Shown here one piece after another: positions 54,871 through 64,000 of a stretch of DNA of 64,000 bases. How positions within the stretch are numbered: position 1 is the stretch's first letter; each line of letters starts with the position of its first letter. The notes below the pieces were generated by a model. The model did no database searches and had not been told where the DNA came from. It was given only the letters and a program-made list of their open reading frames with translations. Source of the DNA: Octopus sinensis (lineage: Eukaryota); the NCBI RefSeq assembly GCF_006345805.1, contig NC_043000.1, positions 5,394,001 to 5,458,000 of the forward strand, written 5' to 3'. Both the position numbers and the translations under genes were made by a program.

Positions 54871-56300
54871 ATTGACAACGACTTCCAAGTTTTGACCTGT
54901 CAATACTCTACAAAAAGTATTGAGTATCCGTCAGGTTTTATCATAACTTGACATGAAAACATATCTTTCTCTTGGACATTTGGGTAACTGATGGAGTACG
55001 GCAACGTAGAATAAAGTGAGATGCTTTCAGTTGATTTGAACTCGTGCCTAATGAGTTCTGGTCCAAACTTTATTTACTCGGGCAATTCATATAAAATTCG
55101 GTTTAATATAATTATAATCCCCAACAGTTTTTGAGGCTGAAGGCTAAATATGAGATGAAATTGTATCATTAGTAAGATTAGGAAGTCACACACAGATTAA
55201 TATTTTGAAATGAATTGACTTTCAGATATATGGAAAATTGATCGTAAACTAGTTTTCTCTCTGTCGCTCAGTACTCAAACAAATATAGTATCATGGTTTC
55301 TTTTAACCAGGCTAAAAGAAAACATTTAAACAAAGAAATATTTAAAATGCAAGTCTCCCTGGACATTACCGTTTCGAATTCTAAGATTTATAAGACCGGT
55401 TACCCGGCATACAAGTGACTGTGATCACAATATTCCTCCTGATCGAGACACCAGTTCGTAACAGGATTACGCATTTACAGCTGAGTGAGTAAGAGCAATG
55501 TGAAGTGAAATGTTTTGTCCAAGAACACAACGCACCACCCAGTCCACTCAAACCAACAGACCACGCGCCTTCACCAAAGAAATATTAGAGAAATAAAAAC
55601 GATACGTTGTGACATTAAAACCTTCCCTAAGTGCTTTAACTTATGTGTAAACGAATGGTAAGAAAGGGGAATTGACAGGGGAAATGAATACAGTGAAGGC
55701 TCTACTAAAAACGAAGAAAAAACATAGTAAACAAACATTAAAACAGCATAAATGTAATTTGGAGCCATAAAGTTTTGTGATAAAACGAAGACGATCTAGA
55801 ACTTGATAATACTTACTAACTGTTACTTTGTCTTTACATAAACCCTTTTCATTTCAGTATTATAGTGAGAAGGCATGGGTTTGCTTCCCAGCCCCGCGGT
55901 TTTAGGTTCGCATCGCGGCCACTTGGGGAGGTGTTTTCTGATATAGTCCCGGGCTGACCAAAGCCTTGTGAGTGGGTTTGGTGGACAGAAACTGAAAGAC
56001 GACCGCTGTGTGTATGTATGTATGTATGTATTTGTGTTGTGTTTGTCCCCCACCACAACTTGACAACCGATGTTGTTTTGCTTACATCCCCGTAACTTAG
56101 CGGTTCGGCAAAAGAGGCCTATAGAATAAAAAAGACACAACAAAAAGCAGATGGCTGTGTGGTAAGTAGCTTGCTTATCGACCACATGGTTCCGGGTTAA
56201 GACCCACTGCGTGGCACCTTGGGTGTCTTCTACTATAGCCTCGGGCTGATGAAAGCCTTGTGAGTGGATTTGGTAGACGGAAACTGAAAGAATCCCGTCG

Positions 56301-56340
<40 letters not shown>

Positions 56341-56994
56341 TATGTGTGTGTGTGTGTGTATGTGTGTGTGTGTGTGTGTATGTCTGTGTTTGTCCCCCAA
56401 CATCGCTTGACAACTGATGCTGGTTTGTTTGCGTCCCCTTCACTTAGCGGTTCGGCAAGAGAGACCGATAGGATTTGGTAGACGGAAACTGAAACAAGAT
56501 CGTCGTATATATGTGTGTGTGTGAGTGTGCTTATGTTTGTGTGTCTGTGTTTCCCTCACCACCACCATCATCGCCTGACAACCGATGTCGGTGTGTTTAT
56601 GTCCCAGTAACTTAGCGGTTCGACAAAAAGGACTGTTAAAATAATTTCTAGGCTTACAAAGAATAAGTCCTGGGGTCGATTTGCTCGACTAAAGGCGGTG
56701 CTCCAGCATGGCCGCAATCAAATGACTGAAACAAATAAAAGAATAAAAGAATAAAAGACTAAAAAAATAAGTACTACTAGAGTCGACTTAGTCGACAAAG
56801 ACCTCAAAGGTGGTGCTGCAGCATGACCACAGTCCAACGACTCAAACAAGTAAAAGATTAGAAATAAAACATCCTAAGAATAGTTTCTAAGTCTTTGCTG
56901 AGCTGATTCATATCGATTAGGATGAAAGAAAAATTTCCCATGTCGAAGTCGAACCCAGATCGAGTATTATAAAAGACTAAAATATTGCAATATA

Positions 56995-57136
56995 TTAGGT
57001 TGTCCCAAAAGTTCGTAAACACTTGCGAAAATTGAATTTTTACTCGGCCAAGTACTAACAAAAACAACAAAAATTATTCCATAAAATAAAGACCATTATT
57101 TTCCAAGGCTTTCTACGAACTTTTGGGACAACCTTA
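56995..57136. mobile_element. 142-bp mariner-type MITE
   Basis: TIRs ttaggttgtcccaaaagttcgta / tacgaacttttgggacaacctta with TA on both sides; resembles the TIR at 45220. Confidence 0.8.
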
Positions 57137-57766
57137 TATTTAGTGCGACACTCGATCACGTTTATCATTCCTCTAATCAAGGACGTTTGAAGCGATTACA
57201 CAGTTACCCCTGAGTTAATAGGACGTTCGCACTTCTGTAACACTAGTCCGCTTGGAGTAAGTTTAACCAGATTGAAATTGCGCGGTGTATTTGCCATCTA
57301 TTCCGTGTTTATTTGTTAACTTATTTTTTGTTGTTGTCATTGGTGTTTAGATCCAGGTCAGACCTAATTGACAAACTCATTAGTCTTTAATTCAAACATA
57401 ATAATAAATCTATGCCCCGATGTATCTGTACTTGCAAGGACAACATTTCTCATGTAAAGGATTCAAGGGACCCCTTTGGAGAGGTCCCACAAAGATAGTG
57501 CTGAGGATCTATGAGCTGTAAAAAATTACCTCACTACATATTTATGTGTTCAGACTTCCTCCCAGCTGTTTTTTTCTATAATCAGAATATGGAAACAAGA
57601 ATGAATGGGGAACCTATTTTACAATTAAAAGTGCCTTCTGTTGAACCTGAATTTCAGAAAACCGCATTAACGAAGTAACTTTAAACTTTTCGTTAAACAA
57701 GATATATTTTTAATACTGTCATTTATATAATTATATATTCACTTAAATATATTTTGTTGTATCTTG

Positions 57767-58200
57767 AGAGAGCCATTACGCCAATATTAAAATACACACA
57801 GGTTCAATTCCACTTCTTTATTGTTAGTCAATAGTTGAAATATCTGACCAATTCACCAATCGATCATTTGTGATGGTTAAACAATCGATTGGGTGTTTAT
57901 TAGCCAAAGTTCTTGCGTCGCTGTTCGCGACCTTTTCTCTGACAGACTCAGAGCAGACATTGGAGCGAGAATAGAAGTCACTAAGTCCCTGAAAAGATCG
58001 CAAACAGCGGTGAAAGAACTGATTGTTTAACCAACACATTAAACAAATGATTGATAAATTAGCTGGGTAGATATTTAATCAATTGACTAACAATAAAGAA
58101 GGGGGATTGAACCTGTGCGTGTGTTATTATTGTTGGCGTAATGACTCTTCCAAAACTCACGAATTCACATCAAGAATCTTGCAAACCAAATACAAAAACC
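57767..58200. mobile_element. Long-TIR fold-back/MITE family, unclassified
   Basis: About 120-bp imperfect inverted arms (cattacgccaa...caggttcaat...cttctttattgttagtcaat); homologous copy at about 62905-63270. Confidence 0.6.
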
Positions 58201-58760
58201 TACATATATATCTGGTTAATAGCATCTACCTGTTGAGTAGATAGGAATTTCAGAATCTTGGGGTTCGTAAGAAAATGTATTTAAATAGAAGATCCTTAGC
58301 AGTGAAAATGTTAGAAACTATTGTAGTAGATTAAAAGATTTAAAGAATATATCACTGCTATTTCTAGTGAGTTGAGTGATCACAAAGTGCAGGTGGCAAA
58401 CTTCTTCAAAAAGCTGGCCGCATGAGACAGTTCATTCTCGGACGGGACGAAAAAATTCAAGGTAATTTTTCGTTAGGTGTGCCATTCAAAAATTCCCGCT
58501 GGCTGAAGGTTGTCTATGACTGGAATAGAGACATCCTCGTAGGTATGTTGTGTTAGTTCTAAACAGATATGAGGAGTAATGACAGAATAAATAACTTCAT
58601 AGTTGAATGCAACATTACCAACGGAAGAAAAAAACAAAACAAAACGAAAAACATTAAATATGGACATAATCTTCTTTTGTACCAGATAAGAATTTGGGAC
58701 TAGGATAAGAAATAACTTGTAGTTACTTGTATTAATTTTTGTGTTCTTGTAATTGTTTTG

Positions 58761-59127
58761 GTGGAGGCGCAATGGCCCAGTGGTTAGGGCAGCGGACTCG
58801 TGGTCATAGGATCGCGGTTTCGATTCCCAGACCGGGCGTTGTGAGTGTTTATTGAGCGAAAACACCTAAAGCTCCACGAGGCTCCGGCGGGGGATGGTGG
58901 TGATCCCTGCTGTACTCTTTCACCACAACTTTCTCTCACTCTTACTTTCTGTTGTACCTGTATTTCAAAGGGCCGGCCTTGTCACGCTGAATATCCCCGA
59001 GAACTACGTTAAGGGTACACGTGTCTGTGCAGTGCTCAGCCACTTACACGTTAATTTCACGAGCAGGCTGTTCCGTTGATTCGGATCAACCGGAACCCTC
59101 GTCGTCGTAACCGACGGAGTGCTTCCA
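58761..59127 (+). mobile_element. SINE family C, full-length with 13-bp TSD
   Basis: TSD tgtaattgttttg at 58748-58760 and 59128-59140; tRNA-like A/B boxes. Confidence 0.95.
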
Positions 59128-60348
59128 TGTAATTGTTTTGCTGTTTTATCTTTTATTTAAGTATTTATCTGTTTATTTACTGTTTTCAGGAGAAAGAAGG
59201 TTATTCATGTTGGCATTAGTTCGATTTTTCAAAAAAAAATATTCTGCTGTCAATGCTTTGGATAATTGTGAGTAGAACATTTTTAACAAGAAAGATATTG
59301 GTTTTTCGATCCGACACATTGTCACAGCTTCTTGTTTTATTTTATGTCTCAGTTGCCTGCTGTCGTTGCTGCTGCTGCTGTGGACATTGCTGTTGTCGTC
59401 GTTGTTGTGGCTGTTTGTTGATGTTGTTGTTTAATGACAGTTATCTCCTCCGAATCAATAAAAGCGAAAATGCTGAAGATGTGTCCATTGCAAGAACGGA
59501 CTGGCTTACTGAATAGTTCAAGTAATAAGAATCGATAAAGCATAACTGAACATTCTTGTCATATTCAAGGCTACCGTAGATTTATAGATTTGCTTTCGCT
59601 TCTTCAGAAATTCAACCATGAATTATATGAGGCGCGAGCGTGACTTAGTAACCACGTGGTTTTCAGTTCAGTCCTACAGCACAGTACCTCCTACTATAAC
59701 TCAGTACCGACCAATGCCATATTAGTGAATTTGGTGGACAGAAACTGTGTGGAAGTCCGTTATGTGTTGTATTCTTTTATTCTTTTACTTGTTTCACTCA
59801 TTTGATTGCGGCCATGCTAGAGCACCGCCTTAAAGGGATTTTTAGTCGAAGAAATCGATCCCAGGACTTATTCTTTGTAAGCCTAATACTTATTCTATCG
59901 GTATCCTATGCCGAACAGCTATGTTACTGGGACGTAAACACACAAACATCGGTTGTCAAGCGATGGTGTGGGACATATAAAGATACAAAGACACACAAGC
60001 ATATATATATATATATATATACGACGGCTTCTTTCAGTTTCCATCTATCAAATCCACTCACAAGGTTTTGGTCGGCCCGAGGCTATAGAAGATACTTGCA
60101 ACCTTCTTACCACACAGCCACGCGTGTATGTGTGTTTATGCGTGTCTTTTGTTACTCCCACCTCGCGCCACCGTTTGATAACCGGTGTTACTTTGTTTAC
60201 GTTCCCATAATCTAATAGTCCAGAAAAAGCGAAGGATAAAAGTATTAGACTTACAAGTTAATTTTGAAATCGATTTGTTCGACAAAAAACCCTTCAAGGC
60301 GGGACCCATGCATGGCATCACCACAATGATTAAAACGAAAGCTAAAAG

Positions 60349-60387
<39 letters not shown>

Positions 60388-61096
60388 CACACACACACAC
60401 ACATAGAAATGCATAATGTAAATGTAATGAACAATGAAAACAGTGTTTGACGAAGATGGCTTAATGCTTTAATGGAAAGAAAAACTGATTGAGCGTTTGA
60501 GACGTTAATCCTTTATCAAGAAAGAGAGAGAGAGAGAGAGAAACAGACGAAGTGAGAAAAAATAGTTGCTAAGAAGGGGAAAACGGGCAAAGGGTTCAAA
60601 TCCAGACGATAATATGTACATGTGTATGACATACATATATTTGCATATATGCATACACACATGTATATATGTATGCACGCATGTATGTATGCATGTATGT
60701 ATGTATGCATGCATGTATTTATGCATGCGCCCATGCATGTATGTATATATTTATGTACGTAGGTATGTATGCATGCATACATATATGTATTTATGTATGC
60801 ATGCATGCACGCATGTATGTATACTTATAGGTATGTAGGTAGGTTTGTATGTTTGTATGTATTCGTGGATGTATTTTCGAATGCCTGTTTCAGTGATCTC
60901 ACGATTGTTTCAATGTTCTCATTAAAAATTTTACAAAGATGTATGAACATAAGATTGTAGCATTTTATCTAAAAACAAAATCACGCCTTCAGAAGCTTTA
61001 AAAAAACAAACAAACAAAACAAAACAGCAGTAATGTAATCCACCCGGATACAGCGTAGAATCTTGTTCAAACAAAATGAAGAGATTTTCAAAGACA

Positions 61097-61485
61097 GAGA
61101 GGAAGCACTCCGTCGGTTACGACGATGAGGGTTCCGGTTGATCCGAATCAACGGAACAGCCTGCTCGTGAAATTAACGTGTAAGTGGCTGAACACTCCAC
61201 AGACACGTTCACCCTTAACGCAGTTCTCGGGGATATTCAGCGTGACACAGAGAGTGACAAGGCCGGCCCTTTGAAATACAGGTACAACAGAAACAGGAAG
61301 TAAGAGTGAGAGAAAGTTGTGGTGAAAGAGTACAGCAGGGATCACCACCATCCCCTGCCGGAGCCTCGTGGAGCTTTTAGGTATTTTCGCTCAATAAACA
61401 CTCACAACGCCCGGTCTGGGAATCGAAACCACGATCCTATGACCGCGAGTCCGCTGCCCTAACCACTGGGCCATTGCGCCTCCAC
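61097..61485 (-). mobile_element. SINE family C, full-length with 10-bp TSD
   Basis: TSD ttcaaagaca at 61087-61096 and 61486-61495. Confidence 0.95.
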
Positions 61486-62068
61486 TTCAAAGACAATGTA
61501 TGATATGAGACGTGCTTTCTGTTCCTCCGTCCTGCTGTTTGTTACGAACTCAGAGCAAGATGATTTGCAAGATATTTATTCAGTTTGTAATCTTTAGTCA
61601 GGAAGGAAGATAAGGTTCATTATTCCCACCATCACTCACACTCACGCCGCCTGATTGTGTGAGACCAAACGATGTATTAAATCTACCGCCCATATCGATT
61701 TAATCCATGGTGAGATTTGAACCCAGGAAGCAAAGGGTTGAAAAAATACCATTAGTTACATGGTCTGTCGTCCTAGTTCTGCCGATCTACTAATACTTTG
61801 TATTGAGACGTTTTTATCAACTCCGATTGGAGGAAATGCAACAGTTGCTCACAGTGGGGATCGAATTAAGGACCCTGAGAGTCGGAACAAATACTGCATG
61901 GCATTCTGGCTGAAGCTTTAACGAGCCTGCCAATTTACCGCCCGCAGGAGCTAACTGAAAATAAACAAAACAGTCAATTTATCAAATTTATTCATTAAAT
62001 TCACATCTGCAACGTAACAAAAACTGAGGTTTGAGTTTTCTTTTTGTCCATGTTTATTTTTTTCTCAG

Positions 62069-62102
62069 GGGAAGAAGAAAAGATGTAAAGCTAAGAAGAA
62101 AG
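62069..62102 (+). other. Candidate 34-nt host exon (GKKKRCKAKKK)
   Basis: Acceptor tttatttttttctcag, donor AAG|gtaata, open basic reading frame; splice signals only, no homology recognised. Confidence 0.25.
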
Positions 62103-62500
62103 GTAATAAAAATAGAGATTTACTAAAGCCTTCAGTCTCTAGAGGCAGTTATTCTGTTGTTAATGTATTCCGATTTATTGAATACATTTCCTTCAAACAC
62201 TTGAAACTGCTTATTTTTAAGGTGGTTAAATTGTTTTACGAAAACTTACTCAGTAAACATACACTATGCATATTCTATACAGCATATAGAGCAGTAAAAT
62301 CATCCAAGAAAATATACATATTGTAGACTGCAGGAAACAAAATATTTAAAAATAAACGCTTTCAGTTAAATGCTTGGAGTTCCTGGTGGCTGTTATTGCA
62401 AGGGAGACAATTACTACTAGATGAGAAGTTATGGCGAGGTGAGAAGATTGAATTTTTAATTTAGGAGAAACGGTTTTAGTTAAATAATTTTAAAAGATTA

Positions 62501-62832
62501 CTAGCAGTATCGCCCGGCGTTCCTCGGGTTTGTTTCGACCTTTTAGAATTGGAATTTTAGAAAAGTAAAAATTGTGCATTATGTGACTTGTTATTCTCTT
62601 CAAGGGAACATTTTTCTGGTTGAAATACACCGAAAAATGGCGACACAGCAGTCAAAAAATCGTAAAAAATAGGGATTTTCATAGAAAAAAGCACCTTTTT
62701 GATGTAAATAATTTTTGGTGTTAACATGGTCTGATTTGAAGTTTTTCTTCTACGGAAGGAAGAGCAAGCCTTCTTCTATCATACTCTCAATTTTGCCATA
62801 CACAGACAACTTCAGCTTTATATATAGAGAGA
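62501..62832 (-). mobile_element. Non-autonomous Helitron
   Basis: On the minus strand A|TCtctctatatataaagctgaagttgtctgtg ... cccgaggaacgccggg-cgatactg-CTAG|T: TC/CTAG ends, subterminal hairpin and AT insertion site. Confidence 0.8.
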
Positions 62833-63570
62833 TTTATTAAGCCTTCACTGAAAAAAATACTTACGTTTCAATAATTTACCCAATTAAACAGCACATAATC
62901 TGACAAATTTGCTGTTTGTATTTGGTTTGCAAGATTCTTGATGAAACAGATTTTGTGCCTAGCGAAGGTCATTACTCCAAAAATAATAAAAATAAGCACA
63001 CGGAGTGTTTCAATATTACTTCTTTATTTCATCAACTAACTATCCAATGGTTTGTTTAAGGTACTGCTTGAACAATCAATTGGTCGTTAGTTTTCTCTGT
63101 CATTCCGTATACATTTTCTTCTCGATGTTCAGCATTGGATAGTTAGTAAAACAAAGAAGTGGCATTGAACCAGTGCGGGTGTATATTTTTATTGGCATAA
63201 TGAACACAACAAGATTCGTTTCAATATACGAATTGCCATTAAGAATCTTGGTAACCAAATACAAAAACGAAATAAAATAAGCTCTCGGCAAGCTAGCAAG
63301 ACGTTGAAAAATATTCTGCTGTCTAAAAACCAGAATAACTACCCGGCTTTATTAAAGAATGCATCCCCTCCAGGTGGTACACTAACTCCATTAATTCGGT
63401 AATAGACTCAGATTTACGGAATACCAGACAGGAAAATTGAAGCGCACGATGTTGTTGAACATCATGAGAAAAATATACTTGGAATGACAGAAAAAACTAA
63501 CAACCGGTTGATTCTTCACATTAAACAAATCATTGGATAGTTAAGTGGTAAAACAAGGAAGCAGTATTGT

Positions 63571-63613
<43 letters not shown>

Positions 63614-63663
63614 GTATAATGACCCTCCCTGGACACAACAAAATAGGACATGTTTTTCTGTAG

Positions 63664-63675
63664 AGGAAAGTAGAG
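63664..63675 (+). other. Candidate 12-nt microexon
   Basis: tgtttttctgtag|AGGAAAGTAGAG|gtaagg. Confidence 0.15.
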
Positions 63676-64000
63676 GTAAGGTTAATAAATTCTCAATTTT
63701 TTTTCAAAGACTCTTTATTTAAACTGAATATGGTTTATATCAAAGGTAGCATTTTAAATAGATAAACAATTAAAACTTTTGCCTTTTTGCATTCATCAAA
63801 TCGACTGATAACGAACTAGTATATATTAAGTGGCAGACAGCTTCCAAAATATGAGATGTACAGGAGAGGAATCTAAACTGAATAGATTTTCTATTAAAAG
63901 TCGGATGAGCTGCACCCAGATTATTATGACATGCGCAGTAGCGCTCAACATAGCAAGGAGAGGAGAGGAATGCGACATGCAAATTAGACAATAACTTCCC

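Noticed and set aside
58761-58835. tRNA gene calls for SINE heads
   Set aside because: A/B boxes are present but there is no complete cloverleaf, and each continues into a SINE body and tail.

Overview
AT-rich animal genomic DNA with no recognisable intact host gene. It is most likely an octopus (coleoid cephalopod), inferred from the tRNA-derived SINE families and the very high density of (TA)n, (CA)n, (CATA)n and (GATA)n repeats. Most long ORFs in the supplied track are microsatellite read-through. The window is a transposon landscape. It holds four Tc1/mariner lineages (maT DD37D, Tc1 DD34E with IR/DR ends, mariner, rosa-like) plus MITEs, a 2.7-kb CR1-clade LINE, 3' fragments of an RTE LINE and a second CR1/L2-group LINE, a Naiad-like Penelope RT fragment, two non-autonomous Helitrons, dozens of SINE copies and a 100-N gap. 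The most interesting signals are: (1) several distinct type I hammerhead-ribozyme motifs in Penelope-like terminal-repeat remnants, one sitting exactly at the apex of a perfect 433-bp palindrome; (2) a cluster of long fold-back palindromes; (3) two SINE/LINE 3'-tail partnerships visible inside the window; (4) head/tail-swapped SINE chimeras, one with a target-site duplication (TSD); and (5) weak candidate short exons near the right end. All calls come from reading the sequence by eye; no database search or folding program was run, and many boundaries are approximate.
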